Source: Chiloscyllium plagiosum (lineage: Eukaryota). From it: a stretch of DNA of 29,507 nt. The translations under genes were made by a program, and so were the position numbers. The notes beneath the pieces are model-generated. The model made no database searches, was not told the DNA's origin, and was given only the letters and a program-made list of their open reading frames with translations. The stretch lies in contig NC_057718.1 of NCBI RefSeq assembly GCF_004010195.1, positions 5,478,325-5,507,831 on the forward strand, written 5' to 3'. Positions 1-9,858 of this stretch are shown one piece after another; within the stretch, counting starts at the first letter, position 1; each line of letters opens with the position of its first letter.

Positions 1-7
1 ATACATA

Positions 8-145
8 GGTGCCCTTGATAAGGTAGTGATGAGCTGCCGTATATGGTGTAGGGGCACCCAGAGTTCCGTCAGGTATGGAATTCCTGAATTTTGACTCAGA
101 GACACTGAAGGTGACAACTGAGAGGTCTGCTTTGTCTTGGATGGC
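8..145 (-). mobile_element. Decayed 3' fragment of the APE-RT LINE family seen at 25845-28819
   Basis: Reverse complement aligns by eye to 28620-28760 (tgcccttg..aaggt..gatgagctgcc; ggaattcc..ttttgac.ca..gaca.tgaagg). Confidence 0.7.
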
Positions 146-260
146 AGGTGAAAGTGAGGATTGCAGACGCTGGAGATCAGAATCAAGATTAGACTGGTGC
201 GATAGGGATGCTCCTCGGATGCTGCCTGACTTGCTGTGCTTTTCCAGCACCACTCCAATC
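146..260. mobile_element. Penelope-like terminal (pLTR) fragment with inverted halves
   Basis: aaagtgaggattgcagacgctggagatcagaatcaagattag followed by the inverted ggatgctgcctgacttgctgtgcttttccagcaccac; same family as 10927-11103. Confidence 0.75.
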
Positions 261-1141
261 CCTTGAACTGAACTAAACTAAATCTTGCTTAGAAAGAACC
301 TAAAACTGGCTTCTGATTTTAAGTTTCAATTCTTCTTACCTAAAACTCTGATGTTTTCTGAATTGAACCAAACTTAACACAAAACTAACAGCTTAATATG
401 TTTACATGGCCCATCATAACCACCAAATTATAAACATCTTAATTATTTAACACTCCGAGGATTGTTCTATGTCCTTAAAGATAGTCACATTCCTTCTTGG
501 AATGGGTGCATTTATATCACTGTTCCAGAATTTCTTTCTGACCTTATTTTTTTTAAAAGACAAACCTCCATGTCACTAACCCACATTCACATGTCTCCCT
601 TATTATGACAATCCACATTCCAAAAAATGATAATAATTCAGTTTATACACCATTTATTACAGCTGATTGTTGCATCAAGAGTTGCTAATAATTGTGAATC
701 TAAGGTATATGAGGTTACTGCTAACCTCTAGAATGAGGCTATCAATGTTGCTGGAAGATAGACTCCGTACATTCTGAGTCATTACTTTTGTCTTCCTGAA
801 GGTGAATGTCAGTGCAAACTGCTTGCAAGCTCAGGAGAACCAGTCTACAAGCTGCTAAAGTGATATGGGATATAAACACTGTACCATCAGCAAACAGTGA
901 CTCACAGACACTGAATGTCTAGGGCAGTATGCTGTTTGGTCGTGGTGAGCTGCATTGCTCAGCTGCACAGGTTTCTCGGAGCTCTGCTCTACAGTTGACC
1001 CTCTTGCTTGAGTTGCCAAGACTGACTGATAACAGCACACAGAAAATATGGCAAAGTGAATTGGCACCATGATGCAGGTCTGCTTTACCCCACTCCTGTT
1101 CTTGAAATCTTCCAATGACACTCTATTGTAATTGATGGAAC

Positions 1142-1622
1142 TGATTCAATTTGATTTATCATGGTCACGTGTACCTAAGTACAGTGAAACGCTTTGTTTG
1201 CGAGCAGTACAGGCAGATCATAGTAAGCAAGGACATACAGATCTTAGGGTGGTTAGACAGAGTGAGGCGTAAAGGTTACACTGCACAGGATGTGCACAAC
1301 ATTAACAAGATCAACATGATTTGAAGTTAGAAAGTTCATTCATTAGTCTAATAATGGCAGGGAAGAAGCTGTTCTTGAACCTGTTTTTGTGTGTGTGTTT
1401 TCAAGCTTCTGTATCTTCTGCATGATGGAAGAGGTTGTAGGAGATCATTAGCAGGGTGGGAGGAGTCTTTGATGATGTTGGTAGCCTTTCCATGGCAACG
1501 AAAAGTGTAAATAGATTCCATGGATGGGAGGTTGGGCTCCATGATGGTCTGGGATGTGCACACAACCTAGGCAGAGCAGTTACCTTGCCAACAAGCCATT
1601 ATGCACCCAGTCTATATGCTTA
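1142..1622 (-). mobile_element. Rex1/Babar-type LINE 3' fragment
   Basis: Minus translation gives RCHGKATNIIKDSSHPANDLLQPLPSCRRYRSL and RFKNSFFP, the C-terminal motifs of Rex1 ORF2. The 3' UTR matches 21075-21260. Confidence 0.85.
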
Positions 1623-1639
1623 CTGTGCCTATTGTGTTC

Positions 1640-1779
1640 AGGTAGAAAGAGGAAATGCTGCCCAGGAATCCAGGCAGGCAGCTGATTTTCACAAGCAGTT
1701 CAAAGAGTCTATCTATGCTGACAAGATCAAACTCCACAGCAGGGTTTATGAGGGTCTGATCATAGCACTTCCCCTATAA
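1640..1779 (+). mobile_element. Possible highly decayed RTE-type LINE C-terminal remnant
   Basis: AADFHKQFKESIYADKIKLHSRVYEGLIIALPL loosely resembles the RTE thumb motif (aaFgrL..vf...ikl.tK.kVY.a.v...LLY). Weak resemblance only. Confidence 0.3.
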
Positions 1780-1889
1780 CTACTGAAGAGAAAAAGGTCA
1801 TGTTGACTGTTGATCTGCCAACACTGAAGCCATATTGAAGGTCGACGTGTGATGCCAGGGTCAACAATTTCATCTGAGTACAGGAGCAA

Positions 1890-1995
1890 ATGAAGTTACA
1901 GACTTTTATAGATGGGTTGCGTGAGTGGTCAAAGGTCTGGCAGGTGGGTGATAGTGTGGGCAAATATGATGTGACTTACTTTGTCAGGAAGTATA
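1890..1995 (+). mobile_element. Old CR1 RT fragment
   Basis: Translates LQTFIDGLREWSKVWQVGDSVGKYDVTYFVRK, a decayed form of CR1 LQ.DID.L.EW...WQM.fNv.KC.V.hfG. Confidence 0.65.
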
Positions 1996-2464
1996 TAAAT
2001 AAATACAGCAATACTTAAAAGGCCATCGCCTATCTCACCTGCAGGAATTAATAGCATTACACCGTAAACCATCATGAGTGGAAACTAGCATCTCCAGGAA
2101 CTTGTGTATCTCCGAAGATGAGACAGGCGATGGCCGTGTTGAGCTCCACAGTGAAGGGCTTCTGTTCAGCCACTCTGTGGCAGGAAAGTCTGGAGTGGGG
2201 CTGAGAGCTTCCCCAATGACAACACTCTCCATTACATAGATTCCTGGATAATTTACCAGTGACTTGTAAGGCAAGTCACCTGCTAGATCGTGAAGCATCT
2301 TGGGTTATTTAAATGAAGGGCTACTTAAATATAAGTTGTCATTGAACTTGTTGACAATACTGAAGAAATAATGGCCTATTATTCAGGAAGGAGACATTTT
2401 CAGGACACCTGTGGCCGACCAAGTGCATGGACTATCGATTGAGATCACTGATGGCAATTTAAAT

Positions 2465-2570
2465 AAACAAAGAACTGTGGATGATGAGATTCTGAAACAA
2501 GGAGACTCATCAGGCCCGGCAGTATCTGGGGGAAGAGAGCAGAATTAACATTTACAGACTGGTGACTTTG
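2465..2570 (-). mobile_element. Decayed PLE terminal fragment (family 2)
   Basis: actcatcaggcccggcagtatctgggggaagagagcagaattaacattt resembles 4800-4855 and 5195-5250. Confidence 0.5.
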
Positions 2571-3117
2571 CAATGAAGCACACAACAACTTGTTGTCTTG
2601 AAGCCGCTTATTGAATCCTTCATTGTTCTTGTCTCTGAAGCTGCACGTGGTTTCAATGTCTTCAATTAGTCCAGGGAGGACAAGTGAGGAACTCATGTCT
2701 ACACTGAACTGGCCAATTGCTCGGCTCTTTTAAGGTGCTGGCAGGGGAGCAGCAGCCTGAATGGCTTCAGTCAGTAATACAAAAAGCCAAGAATATGCAG
2801 ATGATGGAGTAGACTGGTTCCAACTCCAACAAACACCTTCCAGGGATGGGAAATGAAAGGCATCTGAGCAAAGACGCCCACATCCTGAGAAAAATAATCA
2901 TAAAATTTTGCACTTTAGCGAACCTTCTAACTTACTGTGAGAATGATGCCGAAACTAGTTGTTCTGCATGTAAATTGGAATTGCTTGCCTTACAAAGAGC
3001 TGTGTTTAATCTGTGGAGTGTAATTTTCACTGTTACAAATCAGCAGCATGTGAAGACGTGATGCCGTGTCCCACTGCTTTCATCAAACTGTTTTAATTCG
3101 ATTCCTTGTTCATTCAG

Positions 3118-3147
3118 GCCTCGAGCTCAGCGCGAATCTGAAAGACA
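3118..3147 (+). CDS. Candidate 30-nt internal microexon of an unidentified host gene
   Basis: Acceptor ttttaattcgattccttgttcattcag|G, donor ACA|gtgagt, length 30 (frame-preserving), three retained CpGs. The phase 2-2 reading gives PRAQRESER and joins in frame to 10232. Confidence 0.6.
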
Positions 3148-3351
3148 GTGAGTGATTTCCAAGCCAGGGAATTAAGTTTCATTAAGGGAATAATTAAGAG
3201 AGACTTTCTACAGCGTTCAACCAAATCATTTCAAATTACAAGCACGTCGTCAGTGTTAGTGGCGCTACCGACTCTGGGGATGTTGGGGGTCTGTTTCTAT
3301 TGAAAAAGAGAGAGAGAAGATTGACCTGCTCACATGCTTTAGATTTGTTTA

Positions 3352-3669
3352 GAGACAAAACAAAACTGCAGATGCTGGAATCCAAGGTAGACAAGCAGGA
3401 GGCTGGAAGAACACAGGTAGCCTCAGGAGGTGGAGAAATCAACGTTTCGGGTGTAACCCCCTCTTCAAGACTGGGGATGGGTGTAAGGCAAGCTGCAAAT
3501 AAAGGGGGTGGTGGGGGAAGGGTGGTGAAGTGGGGATAGGTGAAGACGGGCAAAGGTATGACCTGGTTGGTTGATAGGAGGGATAAATCCGATTAGTGGC
3601 TGAGATGAATGGAATGGAACGGGGAGGGGCTAGGAAGGGAGTTGGGAGATGGGAAGGGAGGTTATTTTG
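3352..3669 (-). mobile_element. Penelope-like element 3' end (3' UTR plus pLTR with degenerate hammerhead)
   Basis: Terminal motif actgcagatgctggaatcc; minus strand reads cagtc-ttgaaga-gggggttacaccc-gaaacgtt-gattt; followed by a G-rich stretch like the reverse complement of 18690-18900. Confidence 0.8.
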
Positions 3670-4311
3670 AGCTCTCCAATTTCAACAGCGAATTGAGAGT
3701 GAAGTCTGCAGTAATGCAGGACTTTGCTGAACAGTGCAGTGACCCAGGGCTGAGAATCCTGTTACAACTCACTGACAATGTTGCTGAAAGTCCACATTTC
3801 TACCTTGATTAGCAGTTGTTTGTGCACATCAGACGCTGGCTGTTAAAATGCCCATAATCTGGGAAACATTTTAATTGTTAATGTTAGGTTTGTGACTTAA
3901 AGAATCCTTTCTTTAAACTTTTTCTACAATTCAACCTAATTTTCTAATCAACCTGTTCCAAGATATTATGGAGCATGTCAGACTGAAACCTGGAACTCCC
4001 GGTAAAGAAACCTTTAAAAGAACCTGAGGAAATTCAGAGCAAGGACAGAAGGAGGGAAAATGATTTTTAAGACAAGTAAATCTTCATTCACTAAACTCGG
4101 GTGTCACTGGTAAAATCAGTATGCACTGCTATTGCCCTTGAGCAGGTTACAGTACATCAACTTCTTGAATATAACTGAGTTACTTACTAAGTCACTTCCT
4201 TGTGCCTAAGAAGGCTCATGCAGCTTGTCTCAATGACTACCGCCCAGTGGCCCTAACTTCAGTGGTCATGAAGTGCTTTGAAATGCTGGTCATGGCATTA
4301 ATCAACTCCAG

Positions 4312-4542
4312 GGTAAAAACAATGACTGCAGATGCTGGAAACCAGATTCTGGATCAATGGTGCTGGAAGAGCACAGCAGTTCAGGCAGCATCCGAGCAGC
4401 TTCAGCAAAATCGACGTTTCGGGCAAAAGCCCTTCATCAGGAATAAAGGCAGAGAGCCTGAAGCGTGGAGAAATAAGCTACGGGAGGGTGGGAGTGGGGA
4501 GAGAGTAGCATAGAGTTTAAAAATGGGTGAGTGGGGGAGATG
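4312..4542 (-). mobile_element. Penelope-like element 3' end, relatively young
   Basis: ggtaaaaacaatgactgcagatgctggaaaccagattctgg...gacgtttcgggcaaaagcccttcatcaggaat followed by a G-rich UTR; CpGs retained. Confidence 0.85.
4408..4444 (-). ncRNA. Minimal type I hammerhead ribozyme motif (intact core)
   Basis: Minus strand AUUC-CUGAUGA-A-GGGC UUUU GCCC-GAAAC-GUC-GAUU: both conserved core boxes, 4-bp helix II, GUC triplet, palindromic ACGU in place of helix III, and a short imperfect helix I. Confidence 0.75.
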
Positions 4543-4695
4543 ACTACTCTTGAGCCACTCCAATAAGTGGAGAGTGTCAAGCTCCTGGGGGTGGTCATCC
4601 ACAACAAGCTTTCTTGGACTCTTCATGTGGACGTACTGGTTACAAAGGCCTGACAACGTCTCTTTTTCATCAGACAGAGGAAAAAAACAGAATTA

Positions 4696-4784
4696 AAAGT
4701 GTGTTGCTGGAAAAGCACAGCAAATCAAGCAGCATCTGAGGAGCAGGAGAGTTGATGTTTCGGGCATAAACCCTTCATCAGGAA
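4696..4784 (-). mobile_element. PLE pLTR fragment with CpG-decayed hammerhead
   Basis: Minus strand ttc-ctgatga-a-gggt ttat gccc-gaaac-atc-aact. Confidence 0.75.
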
Positions 4785-5020
4785 ATAAAATATGCTGGAG
4801 AAACTCCGCAGACCTGTCTATCTGTAGAGTGAGAGAAACAAAGTTAATGTTTTGAGTCTGGTATGACTCTTCTTCAGAACTTCAATACTTCCAAGAGTAG
4901 TCATATCAGACTCAAATTGTTAACTCTGTTTCTCTCTCTACAGATACAGCCAGACCTGCTGAGTTTCTCCAGCACTTTCTGTTCTTATTTCGGATCACCA
5001 GCATCCGTAACATTTTGCAT
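4785..5020. mobile_element. PLE terminal family 2 as an inverted (fold-back) pair
   Basis: 4792-4873 is the approximate reverse complement of 4893-4974; the minus strand of the left arm reads agtt-ctgaaga-a-gagtc..gactc-aaaac-att-aact. Confidence 0.75.
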
Positions 5021-5174
5021 TTGTATGGCTGCTTGTATAACAAATCAATAGTTTCATTATCAGCATTGCTGCATCCATCTAATTAATTCAGTTATTGAAT
5101 TTAAATTCCCTGCTGCAATGACAGGATTTAAACTCATGTCTCCAGATCATCTAGGTCGTAAGCTTAGGAATAGG

Positions 5175-5892
5175 AAGAAACACAGAGAATGCTTGAGGAA
5201 CTCAGCAGGTCTTGCAGAATCTGTGGAGACAGAAGCAGAGCTAGTGTTCAAGAAGACCATTCAACCAGAACAGGAGTAGGCCATCCAGCCCCTTGAGCTC
5301 GCTCCACCATTCCAAAGGATCATGGCTGATCCGACATTCCCCATGTGTACTTTCTTGCCTTTTCTCCATAAACCTTGATTCCCCGACTGATCAAGAATCT
5401 ATCTCAGCCTTAACTGTTGGCCTGTACCCCCACAGCTCTCTGTGGCAAGGAATTCCAAAGACTCACTTCCTGCTGAGAGAAGAAATTCCTGTTCAGTTCA
5501 GTTTTAAATTGAACTCCCCTTATTCCGATACTATACCCGCCTGATCCTCAACTTTCCCATGAGGGGAAATACTCTCTGTCAGTATCCTTAGGAATCCTGT
5601 ATGTTTCAATCAGATCATGTCTTATTCCTGTAAAGTAGACAGGCAGGAGGCTGGAAGAACACATCAAGCCAGGCAGCATTAGGAGGGGGAGAAGTCAATG
5701 TTGATTTCTCCACCTCCTGATGCTGCCTGATTAACTGTGTTCTTCCAGCCTCCTGTTTGTCTACTTGGGATTCCAGCATCTGCAGTTTTTTTTGTCTGAA
5801 ACCATGTGTAGAGTTCCAACCTGTTTAACCTTTGCTCATAAGACAATCCCTCCACACCAGGGATTTTCAAGTCCAGTATGACTCTTCCTCAG
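5175..5892 (-). mobile_element. PLE family 2 fragment split by a CR1 3' end (5253-5865), itself interrupted by a PLE hairpin (5633-5797)
   Basis: gagctagtgttcaag (ending 5252) resumes as ttcaagtccagtatgactcttcctcag (from 5866). The intervening sequence is a minus-strand CR1 tail (caggagtaggccatccagcc...; IPGVEGLSYEQRLNRLELY). Confidence 0.75.
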
Positions 5893-6039
5893 AGAATTTT
5901 TGCTTTTGCTTTCATTAGGAACATGTAGATATTGACGCTGAACCCTTTAAATTTATTCTGCATCTTCACCTCTGCCCCATATCTTTAAATGCCTTAAATG
6001 AACAAAAACATGACAATCTCAAATTTAAAATTTCCAGTT

Positions 6040-6200
6040 GAGCCAAGACAATCCAAAATGTTTCACTGCCAATGAGTTACTATTGAAGGACAGAAAACAA
6101 GGCACACAGTAAGATCCCACAGGCAACAATGGGATAACGACCTATTAATTCCATGTCTTGATGTTAGTAAAGGGATAGGTATTGACCTGAGGACACCAGA
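6040..6200 (-). mobile_element. Decayed DeuSINE-type SINE fragment
   Basis: gcacacagtaagatcccacaggcaacaatg...tattgacctgaggacacc parallels 24066-24148. Confidence 0.5.
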
Positions 6201-6759
6201 ATTGTTTTTAATCATTTAAACTGAGAGATGGAATCTAAAGCAGGACACAGTGTAGATCAAATTAAAAATAAGACACTCAAAGCAATGTAATTATAAGACC
6301 AGAACAATGACTTCTGTTTCCTGCTGCGGTTTAAAATCTGTTTGGAGAGCACATTTGGATCACTGTCACAATTCATGGGGATGGAGGATTTCATAGTTAG
6401 TCAGGAGCAATCAATTAGGTGAGGCTATTTCCAGTAAGATCCATTACCTCTCGATGCTGCTATCCTTCAATCCAAAGAATTGGTTTACAAATGGCGCAAA
6501 TTTGGAGACATTGGTTTTGGATGTTTTGGATTGTCTTGGCTCAAATGGAAGTTTTAAATCTGAGCTTTTATTCCCCATCGGCAGACTGACAGCACACTGT
6601 TTATACAAGTTGCTTCATATTTTTGTTCTAAAGATTTTTTTTAGCAATCAGTGTCTTTCCGTTTAGGAAATGCAAGCCTAGCCTCTGCAAAAATTGCCCT
6701 CAAAATGTAATCTTTTAAACCCTGGTAAAGTTCTGGTTAAATTATGCATCACTCAATCT

Positions 6760-6965
6760 TGAGGTGTAGTAGAACTGAAGCCAGTTATTCCAGATAATGT
6801 TGGATGAAGATCCTGTCCAAGTGAAACTTCATTTGCATATTCTGTTCTTTTGCCCTCTGGAGAGCAGGACCAATATTCTCTTAGATTTCCTGATAATGTT
6901 TTGTTTCTGTTCTCTAGCTTTTAGTTCTTTCTCTACTTGGACTCCTAAATCGCTCTCATCTGCTA
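6760..6965 (-). mobile_element. Old CR1 ORF2 fragment
   Basis: agaactgaagccagttattccag, ggaccaatattctcttagatttcctgat and ctagcttttagt...ggactcctaaatc match the antisense pattern of the CR1 post-RT region. Confidence 0.5.
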
Positions 6966-6982
6966 CATTCCTTAGTGTTTAA

Positions 6983-7990
6983 TAGAGTCATAGAGTCACA
7001 CAAGATGGAAACAGATCCTTTGGTTCAACTAGTCCACACTACTCATGTTCCCAAATAACTAGTCCCAACTGCCTGTGTTTGACCCATACTCCTCCAAATG
7101 TTCCTATTCATGAACTCATCCAAATGTCTTTTAAACATTGTAACTGTACCCGCATCCACCACATTCTCCGGCAGTTCATTCCATGCTCAAACCATGATTT
7201 GTGTAAAAAAAAGTTGCCCTCATGACCTTTAGACTGGATAGGCTGGGACTTCTATCACTGAAGCTTAGGAAGTTGAGCGTTGACCTTATTGAGGTTTATA
7301 AAATCATGAGGGACGCAGATAAGGTGAATAGCAAAGGTCTTTTCCCTATAATGGGGGAGTTCAAAACTAGATATTTTTAAGGTGAGGGGAGAAAGGTGTG
7401 GAGCTGGAAAAGCACAGTAGGTCAGGCTGCATCCGAAGAGCAGGAGAATCCACATTTCAGGCATAAGTCCTTCATCAGGAATGTTGGTGGTGGGTGGGGG
7501 GGTTGAAGATAAGTAGGAGGGTGGGACTGGGGCAAAGTTACTGAAAGGTGTTAGGTAGATGGCGGTGGGAGGTGATAGTGATAGGTTGGAGGGGAGGATT
7601 GAGCAGATAGGTGGGAAAGAAGATGGTCAGGTGGGACAGGTCAAGGGGGTGGTGCCGAGTTGGAGGGTTGGAAGTGGGATGCGGTGGGGCGAAGGGAGAT
7701 GAGGAAACTGGTGAAGTCGACTTCACACAACCGCTCCCTCCCCACCCCAACCCCCACCCCAACGCTACATTCCTGATGAAAGACTTATGCCCAAAACATT
7801 AATTCTGCTGCTCCTCGGATGCTGTTTGACCTGCTGTGCTCTTCCAGTGCCATACTTTTCAACTCCAGAAGAGGTCTCACCAACATCCTGTACAACCTCA
7901 ACATGATGTCCCAACTTCTATACTCAATGGTCTGAGCAGTTAAGGCAAGTGTGCCAAAAGCTTCCTTAACCACCCTGTCGACTTTGTCAT
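6983..7990 (-). mobile_element. CR1 3' part with internal inversion (7231-7395 on +) and PLE insertion (7396-7864)
   Basis: (tagagtca)n tail at 6983. 7231-7395 reads RLDRLGLLSLKLRKLSVDLIEVYKIMR on +; 7863-7990 reads VDRVVKEAFGTLAL...RLYRMLVRPLLE on -. Confidence 0.85.
7396..7864. mobile_element. Penelope-like fragment with inverted pLTRs
   Basis: 7396-7500 and 7750-7856 are reverse complements. Each carries a degenerate hammerhead (tcatcag 7472-7478; ctgatga 7773-7779). Confidence 0.8.
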
Positions 7991-8014
7991 ATCTTTTGAA
8001 AAAGTATGAATAAA

Positions 8015-8350
8015 AGAAATACGAGCAGGAATAAGTCACTTGGCTTCTGAAGTCTGCTGTATCATAGGATCACGGCTAATCTTTTCCCTCAGTCACATCT
8101 TCCTGCTCTAACCCCATATCCCTTTATTCTCTTAGAATGCAAAATATATCTATCTCTGATTTAAATATGTCCATTAATCAAGAATGCACAGTTCTCTGCA
8201 ATAGAATAATTCACAATGCTCTGAGTGAAGAATTATTTTTCATCCTATTAATGAGTGGCTGTTATCTTATTCTGAGGGTTTTTGCTCCATATACAAGACT
8301 CCCCAGTCACAGGGAAACATTCTCCTGGAAAGCCTGTGTTAAGCCCTCTT
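8015..8350 (-). mobile_element. Decayed CR1 3' end
   Basis: gagcaggaataagtcacttggc...gatcacggctaatc...ccccatatcccttt...ctctgagtgaagaatta; same pattern as 5270-5600. Confidence 0.65.
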
Positions 8351-8639
8351 CCGGTGTTTTTAAGTCCCTGAAGACTCTCCTTACACTTGTCGTAGGTTTA
8401 ATAGTTCATTATGAAAAGCAAACAGAGTATGTTACAAATTGTTCCAGTAGAAACCCTGGCAAAAATGAAGAAAAGAAAATAGAGTCAGGTTACAATGTTC
8501 TAGTTTTACAAGGTCTGTTTAGTAGTACAGAAAATGAGCAGATCTGTTAATCCAACCATCTGGCTTTCAGTCTGTCTCAAATTGAGACTGATGACTGATA
8601 AAGTTCTCATTGAATTGAAAAAACATTGATTGAAAAGCT

Positions 8640-9070
8640 ATAGTAAGCATACAGTATGCAACAGGAAAAGTGAGGGAGGGAGAGAGACAATGAGGTAAAC
8701 AACAGGAAATAAAGAAATAGGCAGATGGACTGAGAGATAGCGAGAGTCCAATATACAGAATGATGTTTGTAGAGACAAAGAGAGGTGTGAGAGGGAATAA
8801 ATGGTGAGATGGAGTAACAAATGGATGGGAAGGTGAAATAGAGAGTTTAGGATGTATCAGCAGAAGAAAAGATGCATTAAGAAGGAGTGACATACAAACA
8901 GAGGAATTAAGAGAGAGTGAGGTAGGGAAAGCCATGAAATGGGATATAGGGTTAAAGTGGAAGATAAAATATAAAGGGAAAGAATAAAGTAGAGAATGAA
9001 AATGAGAAAGGGAGAGTGGAATAGAGAGAAGCAAGAAGAAGGAAGTAAGCAGAAAGAATTGGAATGGGAG
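8640..9070. repeat. Purine-rich (GA) low-complexity tract
   Basis: Strong A/G skew with short gaga/ggaa runs and no fixed period. Confidence 0.75.
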
Positions 9071-9599
9071 ACCTTTAAATTTCTTATTTATCAGAGTCAA
9101 TTAGTGTTCAGTAATAAAGAGAGATTCTCATATAGTACTGAGGAGTCTTAATAAGACAGAAATAATATAGTTCAATATGGAAATACAGGAATTAGGGAGA
9201 CCATTTGGCTTTTAACACTAATTCAATATTCTATGAAATTATAGTTAATCCTAGTCATATTTTACAAGTTCATGTGAACTTACACAATGTGAAACCATGT
9301 TAAACGTAAGAAATGTATTATTAGCATTTTAACTGTTACTTGAAGTTGAAAGAAATGGCAAGTTCCATGATGGAAAGGAGTTGGGAGTTGAAGTGTGAAT
9401 ATGGGTAAAAATGGCAAAGGGCTACCAAACAACAAGATGTCACAGCTATGGTCTGTAGGGGACAGCTTGTTAAACCAAGGCAACATGTGTGGGGTACAGT
9501 ATGGGTTAATTATTCATGCAAAGTTACTGAACAACTCCATTATCATTTTATCACATTGGTATTGTAATAATCTTCTTATCTTATCCAGATGTAACATAA

Positions 9600-9728
9600 A
9601 TGGTGTGCAAAGGTATGGGGACAAAACAGGGCATTGGCACAAGGTAATGATGCTTGTTTGGAATGCCAGTGTAGTTATGATGGGCTGAATAGCCTGTTTC
9701 TGCATTGTAACAATTCTGTCATTCTGTG
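9600..9728 (+). mobile_element. CR1 3' tail fragment
   Basis: atgatgggctgaatagcctgtttctgcattgtaacaattctgtcattctgtg, the CR1 3' hairpin plus the (attctgtg)n octamer tail. Confidence 0.7.
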
Positions 9729-9791
9729 GTAAAGTATAAGGATTCAGCTTACCTAAAGATCTCTGTTGGATTTATTCATATTTAAACCTAG

Positions 9792-9858
9792 ACACAGGCT
9801 GTGCTTTGAATGGTGCAGTGCAGAGGCCTGTGGCATATTGTCAAGTGACAACATCCAG
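9792..9858 (+). pseudogene. Degenerate duplicate (pseudo-exon or alternative exon) of the 10232 exon
   Basis: 9799-9832 matches 10256-10290 at 29 of 35 columns; bounded by cctag| and CAG|gtactt. Confidence 0.4.

Larger units (their letters stand above)
4201..4677 (+). mobile_element. Rex1/Babar ORF2 remnant in two pieces (4201-4311, 4544-4677) interrupted by a PLE
   Basis: [30 protein letters not shown], then VESVKLLGVVIHNKLSWTLHVDVLVTKA*QRLFFIRQ. Confidence 0.85.

Noticed and set aside
262..655. AT-rich block that could be a solo LTR on the minus strand
   Set aside because: No second copy, PBS, PPT or TSD is available to support it.
802..1078. Exon-like stretch after ttttgtcttcctgaag
   Set aside because: All three frames hit stops before any convincing donor.
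2039..2176. Minus-strand exon candidate with donor CAG|GTGAGA
   Set aside because: Unrecognisable peptide, no partner exons, and opposite to the better supported + strand set. It cannot be excluded without RNA data.
2259..2279. 8-bp hairpin gtgacttg-taagg-caagtcac
   Set aside because: Expected by chance in 30 kb, and there is no supporting context.
3689..3812. Phase-2 acceptor with frame ELRVKSAVMQDFAEQCSDPGLRILLQL...
   Set aside because: No donor, a short pyrimidine tract abutting a PLE, and no recognisable homology.
8567..9100. 177-aa hydrophobic ORF resembling a membrane protein
   Set aside because: It is the antisense reading of a GA-rich low-complexity tract, which forces an L/S/F composition.
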